DNA of 64,000 nucleotides from a virus (lineage: Duplodnaviria; Heunggongvirae; Uroviricota; Caudoviricetes): IMG/VR virus record IMGVR_UViG_3300043467_001216. One strand, given 5' to 3'. Position numbers and translations under genes: made by a program. The notes below the pieces were generated by a model. The model searched no databases. It was not told the DNA's origin and was given only the letters and a program-made list of their open reading frames with translations. Shown here piece after piece: positions 9,136-19,539 of the stretch (position 1 is the first letter of the stretch; every line of letters begins with the position of its first letter).

Positions 9136-10245
9136 TTATTTTTGGGGGTTTGTTTTATTATATATTTTTCTTATTATATCACCTGTTTCTGAATCTTCTT
9201 TAGCGATTGAATAGAGTTTACCAATTTTTTTAATCATATAATTACCAACCCTGTTTAGATGTTTAACTTGTTGTTTAAAATATTCTGAGGGGTTATCTTG
9301 ATATTTCGTTAATTCTTCAAAATACTTCTCCATAAATTCATTGCTTTTATCATCAATACCCTGCAATTTAGATAACATTACCTCAAAAAAATCTTTTACG
9401 TAACCTGTCATAGTATCTAATTTAATTTGAGACATACTTACATAGACCCCCCTTAACACATTATTAGGGTTAATAGAGTCATCATCAAGTTCGGTGACAA
9501 TATCGTTAATAAGTTTTTCATAAGTAAATTCTCTCATCTTTTTAAATTCAATATAAGTTTCTTCTTCTAATAAAAAATTAAGAAAATTAGTTTTATTAAC
9601 ACCATCTAAAGTCATTTTAGAATAAACTTCACTTGGTTTAACTAAAAGTTCAGTTTCAGTTGCCAAGTATAACAAATGTAGAAAGTCTTGAATGGATTTA
9701 AGATTATACCTATTAGCTCTAGTAATTCCCAGATAATGAGAAAAATCTTTTAAACTTTCTTTAGGTTTAACGTAGAAATCATATGCGTGTTTTAATTCGT
9801 GAGTTAAACTTGAAATGATTTGTCTTGAATTTGAAGTATAATAACCAATGATTTTTGAAAAATAAGTAGTTTGAACATCAGCATCAGGATAACCAAATGA
9901 TAATCTAATATATAATTCTTTAGGGTCGTTATTATTAACTAAAATCCAACGTTTTCTGTCAACACTCGGACGGGGATTATAACCCGCAGACATTAGAACA
10001 ACTTTATTATGATTCAATTCAACAAAATCAAGAATTAAATTAACATCAGTTATAGTTAATTGATTATTTTCATTACCAATAACTAAATTTGTGTTAAAAT
10101 CAATCACTTCATTTATCTCATTGGTAATTTCAGTTGAGCTATCAACTTTTTGTAAACTATTTAAAATATCATAATATAATTTTTCACCGGCTTTCTCAAT
10201 GTCTTTTGGAACTCCGACTTCTTCTTTCATTACATACTTTCTCAT
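9136..10245 (-). CDS. HExxH zincin-like protein
   Basis: THELKHAYD motif. Confidence 0.65.
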   Translation of the reverse strand: MRKYVMKEEVGVPKDIEKAGEKLYYDILNSLQKVDSSTEITNEINEVIDFNTNLVIGNENNQLTITDVNLILDFVELNHNKVVLMSAGYNPRPSVDRKRWILVNNNDPKELYIRLSFGYPDADVQTTYFSKIIGYYTSNSRQIISSLTHELKHAYDFYVKPKESLKDFSHYLGITRANRYNLKSIQDFLHLLYLATETELLVKPSEVYSKMTLDGVNKTNFLNFLLEEETYIEFKKMREFTYEKLINDIVTELDDDSINPNNVLRGVYVSMSQIKLDTMTGYVKDFFEVMLSKLQGIDDKSNEFMEKYFEELTKYQDNPSEYFKQQVKHLNRVGNYMIKKIGKLYSIAKEDSETGDIIRKIYNKTNPQK

Positions 10246-11054
10246 TATGCTAAATTTAAATTAGGGTCAGTTAATACCGCGGCAACTTTTTCTTGTCTAA
10301 TTAATCCGGTATTTTTTCTATCAGCAATTGCTTGTTTTAATAATTCTTTATCAGACTTACCATCTTTAACCGCATTATTTAAACTTTTTGCGAATTTTTG
10401 GAAAAACCCAGGACCATTCCAACTTGCATATGAAAAGTGCATTAATAATCGGTCATTACTTTCAACACGTTTTTTAAGTTCAGGTGAAAAGTAATTACCC
10501 GCATTTCTATCATAACTTTGTTTCATTATCTTAGCCGCCAATGTCTTTAACTTATCTTCTAAATCACCACCTCTATAAAGCCATTTCCATTTTTTACAGA
10601 ATTTATCCATACCAAGGTCTTTTTTCTGTTTATCTATTAGTCTGAAAAATTCTTTACCTTCAGGTGTTTTTTCAATAGTACCATTGTATCTGTCAAGACC
10701 AAACATAGTTTCAGTTGAAGCTCCCATACTACCTTCAGGGTGATTAGTACAAATACCTAACTTACTTGTTTTTTTGTTATTAGGTGTTGACCCATTCCAA
10801 TAACCACCTTCAAACTTATCAATAACTTTTTTGGTTACTTTCATCCATTTAGAATCAACTGACCCTGTAGACTTTGTATCCAAATAGTCGTCATTTGATG
10901 TACTATCATCGGATGATTCATCATCTTTTTTTTCAGTAGTTTTTGATTTGTTAGCAAATAAATTCATTAACGCTTCAACGTAATTCTCATTGATATTATA
11001 TTGATTTTTTATCTGTTGTTTTTCTGATTCAGTGATTACAATTCTATTCTTCAT
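10245..11054 (-). CDS. Putative virion-associated lysozyme-like protein
   Basis: IVITESE leader; KFEGGY...ETMFGLDR, YASWNGPG. Confidence 0.6.
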   Translation of the reverse strand: MKNRIVITESEKQQIKNQYNINENYVEALMNLFANKSKTTEKKDDESSDDSTSNDDYLDTKSTGSVDSKWMKVTKKVIDKFEGGYWNGSTPNNKKTSKLGICTNHPEGSMGASTETMFGLDRYNGTIEKTPEGKEFFRLIDKQKKDLGMDKFCKKWKWLYRGGDLEDKLKTLAAKIMKQSYDRNAGNYFSPELKKRVESNDRLLMHFSYASWNGPGFFQKFAKSLNNAVKDGKSDKELLKQAIADRKNTGLIRQEKVAAVLTDPNLNLA

Positions 11055-11088
11055 TTTTATTGTATTTATATATAAATATTAAAAAACA

Positions 11089-11475
11089 ATGAAATTAACT
11101 GTAGTACATAATAATTCAGGAATTAATAAAAAAAAACATAAAATGTTTGATAAGTTTTTCAAACTACTACAAAAAAAATTCCCACTAAAAGATGATTTAA
11201 AAATTGAGTTTTTAGGTGTAAGAAAAGATAAGATGACAACAGGTAGTCGATTACCTAATTATATCAAAGTGTTATGTCAAAATAGAATGACTCGTGATAT
11301 TTTTAGAACAATTGCTCACGAATGGGTTCACGAACACCAACATAGTATTGAAAAAAGAGAAATTGGTCCTGATATCGGAGGTAAAAATGAAGATGAAGCT
11401 AACGCTTATGCTGGTCAATTAGTTAAAATGTTTGAAAAGAAATATCCCGAATACGTAGAAAATATGTATGAATAA
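11089..11475 (+). CDS. HExxH metallopeptidase-like protein
   Basis: RTIAHEWVHEHQ...EDEANAYAG. Confidence 0.7.
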   Translation: MKLTVVHNNSGINKKKHKMFDKFFKLLQKKFPLKDDLKIEFLGVRKDKMTTGSRLPNYIKVLCQNRMTRDIFRTIAHEWVHEHQHSIEKREIGPDIGGKNEDEANAYAGQLVKMFEKKYPEYVENMYE

Positions 11476-11503
11476 AAAACCCCCCAATTAAGGGGGTTTT
11501 TTT
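11475..11503. terminator. Bidirectional terminator (CCCCC-AATTAA-GGGGG family)
   Basis: Near-identical hairpins also at 15246-15271 and 33036-33059, each between convergent genes. Confidence 0.85.
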
Positions 11504-11930
11504 ATTTAATCTCAACTAATTCAAGTTCAAAAATTAAATCTTTACCAGCTAATGGGTGATTAGCGTCAACTGTAATATTGTCTTCAGTTACTTCGGTAAC
11601 AAGAACGTTAATTGGTTGACCGTTTGGTCCCATCGCTTGTAAGTGTTCACCAGCTTGAACACCTACAGGAACTTGTTCTTTAGGTACAACACTAATCAAT
11701 TGTTCCATAACTTGCCCGTAAGCGTTATCAGATTCAATTTCAACTGTTTTTTTCTCACCAACTGTCATTCCGTATAAACCATCAACAAATCCTTGGATTA
11801 ATGGGGTTTCACCTAAAACAACTTCAAGTGGTTCACGACCTTCGTTTAATGATGAATCAAAAATAGTCCCATCGTGTAATTTACCTGTGTAGTGAACCTT
11901 AATAGTATCACCTGTTTCAACTTTTTTCAT
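11502..11930 (-). CDS. slyD: FKBP-type peptidyl-prolyl isomerase (SlyD/FkpB-like)
   Basis: VHYTGKL.DGTIFDSS, DANHPLAGKDLIFELE. Confidence 0.9.
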   Translation of the reverse strand: MKKVETGDTIKVHYTGKLHDGTIFDSSLNEGREPLEVVLGETPLIQGFVDGLYGMTVGEKKTVEIESDNAYGQVMEQLISVVPKEQVPVGVQAGEHLQAMGPNGQPINVLVTEVTEDNITVDANHPLAGKDLIFELELVEIK

Positions 11931-11975
11931 ATTATTTAAGATTTTATATAAGTATAATTATAGATTTTAGAATAA

Positions 11976-12248
11976 TCAAATGTCCATTGATGATATAACC
12001 ATTATTTTTTGTTTATAACCTGTCAATCTCCAACATTTACCTAATATAAAGTCCATACCATCCCTCAATAGTTCGTTTAAGTCCTCCAAAGTGGTGTCCC
12101 CAACGATTAATTTACAGTCAATAACAAATAATTTATCATTTGTAGAATACTTAAACGAATTAATCATTACCTTTGACCCCACACCGTATAAGAGTTCAAG
12201 GTCACACTTAAATTTATGATTAATTAAATATTCTAGAAACGTAATCAT
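11976..12248 (-). CDS. Hypothetical protein
   Basis: 90 aa ORF. Confidence 0.65.
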   Translation of the reverse strand: MITFLEYLINHKFKCDLELLYGVGSKVMINSFKYSTNDKLFVIDCKLIVGDTTLEDLNELLRDGMDFILGKCWRLTGYKQKIMVISSMDI

Positions 12249-12289
12249 AATAGAATTATATTTATATTTGATATATAATAAATAGAATT

Positions 12290-12667
12290 ATGGGAAGATT
12301 AATATTAACCGAGGAAGAAAAGAAAAACATAAAAGATATGTATTCAGATGTTAAATCAAGTAACAAAGTGATGTCATATTTGAAAAGAAACTTCCAATTC
12401 TTTAGACCTGTCGATGAAATGGGGTTAAATGATGAAGAAAAGCAAAAACGTATCGAAGAATTACCATTTTTAGGGGATTTAGTAAAAATTGTGATTGACG
12501 ATAAAAGTTATATATTAACTAATCAGAAAAAATACATAAAAAAACGTATTTTTAACATGGTTGAGGATGATATTGATAGAATTGACCCTGATGCGACAAA
12601 GGTGGTTGTATTAAAGACAATAAAAGACTACATTGATAATATATTGGTGAAATATAACTTAAAATAG
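12290..12667 (+). CDS. Hypothetical protein with LILTEEE leader
   Basis: MGRLILTEEEKKNIKDMY. Confidence 0.75.
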   Translation: MGRLILTEEEKKNIKDMYSDVKSSNKVMSYLKRNFQFFRPVDEMGLNDEEKQKRIEELPFLGDLVKIVIDDKSYILTNQKKYIKKRIFNMVEDDIDRIDPDATKVVVLKTIKDYIDNILVKYNLK

Positions 12668-12691
12668 TGTTAACAATTTAAAATAAACAAA

Positions 12692-12922
12692 ATGGATAAG
12701 GTTTTCTTTAAAAGTGAGTATGATTGGGTGGTAGATGTATTATCTTCTTGTAAGACATTAGACCAAATTAAGGTATCTCGTAATTTATTTAACAGATTGG
12801 TTGAGAAGTGGAAAAAAACTGACATTTCTGTTGATTTTTCTAAAATTGAGGTATCTTATACTAAGATTGAAAAGGTTATTTTAAGTAAAACAAGAAAAAA
12901 AGTTAGCTCAATGAGTTATTGA
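12692..12922 (+). CDS. Hypothetical protein
   Basis: 76 aa ORF. Confidence 0.7.
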   Translation: MDKVFFKSEYDWVVDVLSSCKTLDQIKVSRNLFNRLVEKWKKTDISVDFSKIEVSYTKIEKVILSKTRKKVSSMSY

Positions 12923-12959
12923 AGTTGATTTTTTGAGATTTAGTGAGTATTTATTATTA

Positions 12960-13024
12960 CTATCTCTCTCATCACGAGAGCCACTATATATCTTCAAAAG
13001 GGAATTTTCGGATTCCCTTTTTTT
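12960..13024 (+). ncRNA. Candidate small RNA
   Basis: TATTTAT at 12948, hairpin CTCTC/GAGAG, UUCG-loop terminator 12996-13024; no start codon. Confidence 0.4.
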
Positions 13025-13052
13025 ATTGGAAAAAACTCTGTATATTTGTCCT

Positions 13053-13244
13053 ATGAAGATTATAAACGAATATTTGATTGTAAACCCAGTAACGGGTGAG
13101 GTTGAGAAATACGTTGAACTTGAGGGTGAGGTGTTTTTTAAGGTTAGTCTTGTTAAATACTATTGGGTGAATAAGGATACGTTTTATGAGAGATATGATG
13201 AAACTAAAAAAACTTTTGAGGAATGGAAAGAGACGATAAAATAA
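13053..13244 (+). CDS. Hypothetical protein (start re-assigned to MKIINEY)
   Basis: TATATTTG promoter at 13041-13048. Confidence 0.7.
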   Translation: MKIINEYLIVNPVTGEVEKYVELEGEVFFKVSLVKYYWVNKDTFYERYDETKKTFEEWKETIK

Positions 13245-13837
13245 CAGTATTTGAAAAAATAAGATTGTGGTGGAAATTTGATGGTAGATACTGGCACAAA
13301 AATTTCATTGAAGGAGTTAAAAACCTTTGGAAATGGTTTCCTGTGATATGGAGAGACCGTGATTGGGACCACTCTTTCATATATGAACTTATCAAAGTTA
13401 AATTAAACAACCAAGCGGATTATATTGGTGGTCACAATAGACACACAAGAGCTAAACGAGATGCTGAATTAATGAGATTAACTTCTCGTTTAATCCAACG
13501 TTGTCAAGATGACCACTACGATATGGAATATATGGACTATCACGAATCTAACTTTAATTGGTTAGACATTACTGATGAAGATGATATCCCTGAAAAATAT
13601 AAAGATTCCAAAAGATTAGAGGTTGATTTGATTTCTGAGAATTTTGACGACTACTTCAAAAAATACCCACGTCAATACAAACGTGTAATGTCAGGTGAAG
13701 TTAGTAGATTCAATAGACCTATTGAAGAAAAAGACAAACAACTAATTGCAATGGAGATTGCTCACGAGAATCAAGATAGATGTCGTAAATTAGTATTCAA
13801 AATAATGGAAAGGAGAATTGAGGGATGGTGGGATTAG
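13223..13837 (+). CDS. Hypothetical protein
   Basis: 204 aa ORF, WFPVIWRDRDWD, ends GWWD. Confidence 0.8.
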   Translation: MERDDKITVFEKIRLWWKFDGRYWHKNFIEGVKNLWKWFPVIWRDRDWDHSFIYELIKVKLNNQADYIGGHNRHTRAKRDAELMRLTSRLIQRCQDDHYDMEYMDYHESNFNWLDITDEDDIPEKYKDSKRLEVDLISENFDDYFKKYPRQYKRVMSGEVSRFNRPIEEKDKQLIAMEIAHENQDRCRKLVFKIMERRIEGWWD

Positions 13838-14016
13838 TGATAAACACACCCAATGGTGAGGGTGAACTAACAAAAATATACTTGAGTGAATTGGGTTATT
13901 TGATGGTGAAAGTTGAAAACGATAATAAAACTTTCACCACATATAATCTTGGTAAACCAAAGGATGGATTGAGTATAGATGATTTAATAATATATTTAAC
14001 TAAGAACAATGACTGA
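13825..14016 (+). CDS. Hypothetical protein
   Basis: 63 aa ORF in operon. Confidence 0.7.
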   Translation: MVGLVINTPNGEGELTKIYLSELGYLMVKVENDNKTFTTYNLGKPKDGLSIDDLIIYLTKNND

Positions 14017-14509
14017 GAAATATAACAGAATTTACAGAATGATATCATCATTCAATGATGAGGAAAGTGATTCAGGAATAAAAAATTTAACTGATGTTGA
14101 ATTAGAAAAAATTCATCAATTAGTTGATAGTGAAGTCATTATTGATTTAAAATATAACGGTAAGGTTTGTCATTGGAGAGAAGGTGATTTGAATTACAAT
14201 GTTTTATATTTAACAGAATCACAAATTGAGTTCATAAAATTAATTGATAAAAAACTTCACGAAGGTTTGAGTGGGTATACTCTAATTGACGACATTACTG
14301 AAGATGTTTTATATGATAGATTTGATACTTCAGTGTTTGGATTTTTTGAATTTGAAATGAAATTTGATTTTTTTAAATATCGTCAAGAAAATCTAACAAA
14401 AGATGATGTCTTAGATAAGATATTAAAATACGGTAAAGAAACATTATCAGAAAATGATAAATTATTATTAGAAGATAAACAAATGATATCACCGATAGAT
14501 GAAATTTGA
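14009..14509 (+). CDS. Hypothetical protein
   Basis: 166 aa ORF. Confidence 0.75.
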   Translation: MTEKYNRIYRMISSFNDEESDSGIKNLTDVELEKIHQLVDSEVIIDLKYNGKVCHWREGDLNYNVLYLTESQIEFIKLIDKKLHEGLSGYTLIDDITEDVLYDRFDTSVFGFFEFEMKFDFFKYRQENLTKDDVLDKILKYGKETLSENDKLLLEDKQMISPIDEI

Positions 14510-14533
14510 TTATATTTGTAAAAAACAAAAGAT

Positions 14534-15247
14534 ATGACTTACGATTTAACATTAATAAGCGACACACACAACAAACACAAACACGTTCACAATCCAAAGT
14601 CAGGATTAGGTGATTTAAAAGGTGGTGACATATTGTTACACGCAGGTGATATCTCATCTATGGGGTACGAACACGAAATAACTGAATTCGCATCTTGGTT
14701 TGATAAATTAGATTACGCTCACAAAATATTCATAGCTGGTAACCACGATTGGGGTTTCCAAAACAACGCTGAGAAAGTGAATGGTATATTGACAGGTTAC
14801 AAAACTATCAATTACATACAAGACGAATTAATAACTATCCAAGATGGTGATAAACCTGAAGTGAAAATATGGGGAAGTCCTTGGCAACCTGAATTCTACG
14901 ATTGGGCATTTAACTTACCAAAAAATGGACCTGGGTTAATGTCAAAATGGGAAATGATACCTGAAGATGTGGATATCTTAATCACTCACGGACCAGCTTG
15001 GGGTTTATTAGATGATGTTGAAGGTAGAAGAGGAGACCACTTAGGTTGTGAATTGTTGGCTGAAAGAATAAAATCTATCAAACCAAAAATACACGTATGT
15101 GGTCACATCCACACAGGTCACGGTCACTACTTCGACGGACACACTCACTACTTCAATGCTTCATTGTTGAATGAAAGATACTTATACTCTCAAACACCTT
15201 GGAAAGTAGAATGGAATCCTATCACTAATGAAATAGTGTTCAAATAA
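14534..15247 (+). CDS. Calcineurin-like metallophosphoesterase
   Basis: SDTH, AGD, GNHD, THGP, GHIH motifs. Confidence 0.92.
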   Translation: MTYDLTLISDTHNKHKHVHNPKSGLGDLKGGDILLHAGDISSMGYEHEITEFASWFDKLDYAHKIFIAGNHDWGFQNNAEKVNGILTGYKTINYIQDELITIQDGDKPEVKIWGSPWQPEFYDWAFNLPKNGPGLMSKWEMIPEDVDILITHGPAWGLLDDVEGRRGDHLGCELLAERIKSIKPKIHVCGHIHTGHGHYFDGHTHYFNASLLNERYLYSQTPWKVEWNPITNEIVFK

Positions 15248-15272
15248 AAAACCCCCAATTAAGGGGGTTTTA

Positions 15273-16091
15273 TTATTTCAGTAAATTATAGTATTCTTTA
15301 AATTTCTTTAGTCTATCAGCTAAACCATTAGTTCCACCATTTATTCTTTTGGTTAGTTGTTTTACAACATCGTCACTAATTCCTTTATCACAGATACTCC
15401 AAAGACCGTTAGAGTTAAAGAAATAAGCCGCAGATGCTAATGGGTATTTAGTTGATACCAAATCAGGATTACTCACACAATCTTCACCAATAAACTTAGT
15501 GAAGTTTACATAATTAGATTTACCGGTTAATTGGATATATCCTCTACCACGAAATTTAAAACCTTCCATAGTTAATTCAGAACCATTCCCCATTCTATCA
15601 CCATAAACTCGTGAAGCAATTTTTTCAGGTTTTTTAGCGTATGATTCAGATAGATTACCAGGAAAATATTTACCAAACACTTTCTTTAATCCGTCAGATG
15701 AGTAATTTAAGTTTTCCTCAACTGCTCTAAAACTACCACTTTCGTGAGCACATTGTGATAAGAAGTGAGCCAATCTTAAAGGTGATGTAATGTTGAATTT
15801 TTTAGCAACCTCATCAATTTGATTAATAACTGTTCCGGGAACAACACCAACTAACTTATCAAGTTTGAATGTTGTATTTTTAGGATTAACAACATCTTCC
15901 TTAATCATAGTTCCTAATTTTAATTTATCCCAAGATAATTGTCCGACAATACCATCATCAACTAATCCATTACTTCTTTGCCATTCTTTAACTTTTTTTT
16001 CAGTCCCTGGACCAAAAATACCGTCGGGGTTTAAACCTAACTTCGTTTGTAGTAATTTAACGTCTTCCCCTGTTGAACCAATTTTTAACAT
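15273..16091 (-). CDS. Endolysin: peptidoglycan-binding domain + GH19 chitinase-like domain
   Basis: DGIFGPGT/DGIVG PG-binding; AHFLSQCAHES, FRGRGYIQLTG, TKRINGG. Confidence 0.92.
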   Translation of the reverse strand: MLKIGSTGEDVKLLQTKLGLNPDGIFGPGTEKKVKEWQRSNGLVDDGIVGQLSWDKLKLGTMIKEDVVNPKNTTFKLDKLVGVVPGTVINQIDEVAKKFNITSPLRLAHFLSQCAHESGSFRAVEENLNYSSDGLKKVFGKYFPGNLSESYAKKPEKIASRVYGDRMGNGSELTMEGFKFRGRGYIQLTGKSNYVNFTKFIGEDCVSNPDLVSTKYPLASAAYFFNSNGLWSICDKGISDDVVKQLTKRINGGTNGLADRLKKFKEYYNLLK

Positions 16092-16163
16092 AACTTTATC
16101 GTTTTTATTATTGATAAATACTTTTGAAATGATTAATATTTGATTATAAAACTATATTAAAAT

Positions 16164-16694
16164 ATGTCTAAATTTGTTATTGATAATCTCCATTCAGAGA
16201 TTGAGTTTAAAGTGAAACATTTAATGATTTCAACCGTTACAGGTCGTTTCACAGAGTTTACCGCAGAAATTACTGCAGAAAAAGAAGATTTTACAGATGC
16301 TCAAATTAGTTTTGAAGCTGACGTAAATTCTATCACAACAAGTGTTGTAGATAGAGACAACCACCTTAAATCTCCTGATTTCTTCGACGCTGAGAGTTAC
16401 CCTAAATTAGCTTTTAAATCAACAAATGTTGTATTGGAAAATAATACATACAACGTAACAGGATTATTGAATATCCACGGTGTTGAGAAAGAAGTTACAT
16501 TGGTTGGTGAATACAATGGTAATGACACTGACTTATATGGTAACAAAAAACACGGGTTTGAATTAACAGGAACAATTAAACGTTCAGAATTTGGACTTAC
16601 ATTCAACGCAACAACCGATAAAGGTGGTTTATTAGTATCCGATGAAGTAAAATTAATTGCAAGTGTGCAATTTATTGAGGTTGTGATGGCGTAA
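16164..16694 (+). CDS. yceI: YceI family lipid/polyisoprenoid-binding protein
   Basis: HSEIEFKVKHLMISTVTGRF, RDNHLKSPDFFD. Confidence 0.92.
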   Translation: MSKFVIDNLHSEIEFKVKHLMISTVTGRFTEFTAEITAEKEDFTDAQISFEADVNSITTSVVDRDNHLKSPDFFDAESYPKLAFKSTNVVLENNTYNVTGLLNIHGVEKEVTLVGEYNGNDTDLYGNKKHGFELTGTIKRSEFGLTFNATTDKGGLLVSDEVKLIASVQFIEVVMA

Positions 16695-16780
16695 TTTGTT
16701 ATTAGTATCTTTGTTAACCCTCATCTTAATTGATGGGGGTTTTTTGTTTTATAAAATATTTATAAAGTAAATAGTTAATT

Positions 16781-18550
16781 ATGATATCACTAGAAAAAAA
16801 CACACGATACTGTTTTTACACCTCAGTAGTTGTGATGACAATGTTTTTGATAATAAAACTTTTAGTGGTGTTTAATTTTCTACCCCTATGTAATTCAGTG
16901 ATGTGGGCTGAATTTATCTGTTTTGTTTTATTTATCCCTCTTTTTTTCAAAATAATTTATGATTATGTGAAAAAAAATAAAGAATCGGTTAAATTAAACT
17001 TTTATGCTAGAAATTTAAATGAAACTTTAATATCTCAGACACACAACCATTTATTCTATGAGGGAAATGTTAATGAAGGTGCTAAATTATTAACTAAAGA
17101 AGTTACTAATAGTATATGTGCCGACAGATGTTCTATTTGGTTATATAACAAAAAAAATAACGGGATTGTTTGTGAACAATTATACGAGAAAAAAGACGAT
17201 GAATGGTTTCAAGGTGTTGAAATATTTGAGAAGGATTTTAAACCGTATTTCGAAGGGTTAAAAACTAACCCAATCATTATTGCGAATGATGTTGACTTAC
17301 ATCCTGCAACAAGTTGTTTTAAAGAAACGTATTCAGGACCCCTTGGTATTAGAGCAATGTTAGACGTTCCAATTATTTATAAGGGAGAAGTTATTGGTGT
17401 TATTTGTATTGAAAGTTATACCGTTAGAGAATGGCATAAAGTGGAAGTAAATTTCGCTGAAATGTTATCATCATTGTATTCATTCGCATATTCTGTGGAA
17501 GAAGGTAATGAACTTAAAAATGAATTATCTGAGTTCGAACATTTTGTTGATTCATCAGTATTGGTTAGTAAAGCAGATAAAAGAGGTAAAATTACATATG
17601 TGAACAAAAAATTCGAAGAGGTATCAGGATGGTCATTGGAAGAATGTTTGGGTAAAGACCATAGAATTGTTAATTCTAACATTCACGATAAGAAATATTG
17701 GTCTAATATGTATAAAACTGTGAAGTCAGGTAAAATTTGGAATGACTTGGTTATCAATAAAAATAAAGATGGTGAATTATATTGGGTTGATACATATATT
17801 AAAGCCGAATTTGATGTTGATAATGGTAAACTAAAAGGTTATACCTCAATTAGACAAGACGTAACTGAAATCCATAAAAACATTGCGGAAATTAATAAAA
17901 AGAACACGTATCTAGAACACGCCGCGAAGATTCTAAGACACGATATGCACTCAGGGATTAATACATACATCCCAAGAGGTATTAGTTCATTAGAACGAAG
18001 ATTAAAACCTGAAGATATTGAAACATTAAAATTGGAGGCCCCACTTAAAATGTTGAAGGAAGGTTTGAAACATACTCAAAAAGTTTACAAGGGAGTTTAT
18101 GAATTTACCAATTTGGTTAAGACTGATGTTGTTTTAACTAAGGAAACTCATAATCTTAAAGATGTCTTAAACGCTTACCTATCCTCAACAGCTTATTCAA
18201 GTCAAGTGGCGATAGATTGGTTACCAACAATAGAAATTAACGAATCATTATTCTGTACCGCGATTGATAATCTAATCCGTAATGGTTTAAAGTATAACGA
18301 TTCTGACGCTAAAATGGTTGCTATCTTTATGGAAAATGAAGAAAATATTGCAATACAAGATAATGGTAGAGGTATGACACAAGAAGAATTTGAACACTTG
18401 TCATTACCATATAATAGAAAAGACGGTCAAAAAGAATCAGGTACAGGTTTAGGTTTAAATATTTGTATCGCAATCCTACACGAACACGGTTTCACTATTA
18501 AATGTGAAAAAAATGAAGTGGGAACTAAATTAACAATTAAAATAAAATGA
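16781..18550 (+). CDS. Membrane GAF-PAS sensor histidine kinase
   Basis: 2 TM, GAF, PAS/PAC, LRHDMH H-box, NLIRNGLKYN, DNGRG, GTGLGL. Confidence 0.92.
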   Translation: MISLEKNTRYCFYTSVVVMTMFLIIKLLVVFNFLPLCNSVMWAEFICFVLFIPLFFKIIYDYVKKNKESVKLNFYARNLNETLISQTHNHLFYEGNVNEGAKLLTKEVTNSICADRCSIWLYNKKNNGIVCEQLYEKKDDEWFQGVEIFEKDFKPYFEGLKTNPIIIANDVDLHPATSCFKETYSGPLGIRAMLDVPIIYKGEVIGVICIESYTVREWHKVEVNFAEMLSSLYSFAYSVEEGNELKNELSEFEHFVDSSVLVSKADKRGKITYVNKKFEEVSGWSLEECLGKDHRIVNSNIHDKKYWSNMYKTVKSGKIWNDLVINKNKDGELYWVDTYIKAEFDVDNGKLKGYTSIRQDVTEIHKNIAEINKKNTYLEHAAKILRHDMHSGINTYIPRGISSLERRLKPEDIETLKLEAPLKMLKEGLKHTQKVYKGVYEFTNLVKTDVVLTKETHNLKDVLNAYLSSTAYSSQVAIDWLPTIEINESLFCTAIDNLIRNGLKYNDSDAKMVAIFMENEENIAIQDNGRGMTQEEFEHLSLPYNRKDGQKESGTGLGLNICIAILHEHGFTIKCEKNEVGTKLTIKIK

Positions 18551-19539
18551 GTAAAAAATTTAAAATACTATCAATAGATGGTGGAGGACTTAGAGGTCTA
18601 ATCCCCCTATTGATATTAAAAGAAGTTGAGAAAATAACCGGAAAGAAAATTTACGAGTTATTTGATTTAATAGTTGGAACGTCAACAGGTGGTATAATCG
18701 CTTGTGGATTAACCGCAAGTAAAGACGGTAAAACTCCGGTATTGTCAATTGACAAATTGATTGAATTATACACCACAAAAGGTAATGTGATTTTCCCATA
18801 TAAAAATAATATCTTCAATAAAATCAATTCGGTATTCAATCCTAAATTTTGTCCTGAAGGATTAGACAATGAGTTGTCAAATTACTTTCAAACATTAAAA
18901 TTGAGTAACACATTAAAACCAATTATTGTAACATCATATGATATTAGAAATAATGAAGTTGTAATGTTTAAAAGTCGTAAATCAAATGAAGTAGGTTATG
19001 ATTGTTTACTGAAAGATGTTTGTAGAGCAACATCAGCGGCACCAACTTATTTACCTTCATATGAAATGAATTATGGTGGTAAGTTAAGAACTTGTATAGA
19101 TGGTGGTGTGTTTGTAAATAACCCCTCATTGGTAGGTATATCGGATGTCGTAAGAAATACTTATGGGTTTGGTGAAATTAATGTTGAGGATATCTCATTA
19201 TTTTCTTTAGGTACAGGTATTTATACAGAAAACTTAGGAGTTAAAGAAACTAAGAGCTGGGGGTTAAAAGATTGGGTTAAACCAATCACCGATGTTATGT
19301 CACAAGCAACCTCAAAAGTTGTTGATTATGAGTGTAACGAGTTCTTAGACAATTATCTACGTGTTCAGGTAACAATAGATGATGAAAGTAAAAGTGATAT
19401 GTCAGATTCAAGAATTGAAACGACAAATTATTTGATTAGTAGAGTAAACACTCAAGTTTTAAAGAACGTTAATAAATTAAACGAAATAAAAGAATTTTTA
19501 AAAAAGTTAGGTAATGATAGAATCAATCTTATTAGTTGA
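18547..19539 (+). CDS. Patatin-like phospholipase
   Basis: DGGGLRG, GTSTG, SAAPTY, DGG. Confidence 0.93.
   Translation: MSKKFKILSIDGGGLRGLIPLLILKEVEKITGKKIYELFDLIVGTSTGGIIACGLTASKDGKTPVLSIDKLIELYTTKGNVIFPYKNNIFNKINSVFNPKFCPEGLDNELSNYFQTLKLSNTLKPIIVTSYDIRNNEVVMFKSRKSNEVGYDCLLKDVCRATSAAPTYLPSYEMNYGGKLRTCIDGGVFVNNPSLVGISDVVRNTYGFGEINVEDISLFSLGTGIYTENLGVKETKSWGLKDWVKPITDVMSQATSKVVDYECNEFLDNYLRVQVTIDDESKSDMSDSRIETTNYLISRVNTQVLKNVNKLNEIKEFLKKLGNDRINLIS

Noticed and set aside
12933-13052. N-terminal extension of ORF 12933-13244
   Set aside because: It spans a strong terminator and a promoter; ATG 13053 is the likelier start
18547-19539. CBASS system
   Set aside because: Patatin is present but there is no CD-NTase or Cap2/Cap3 nearby
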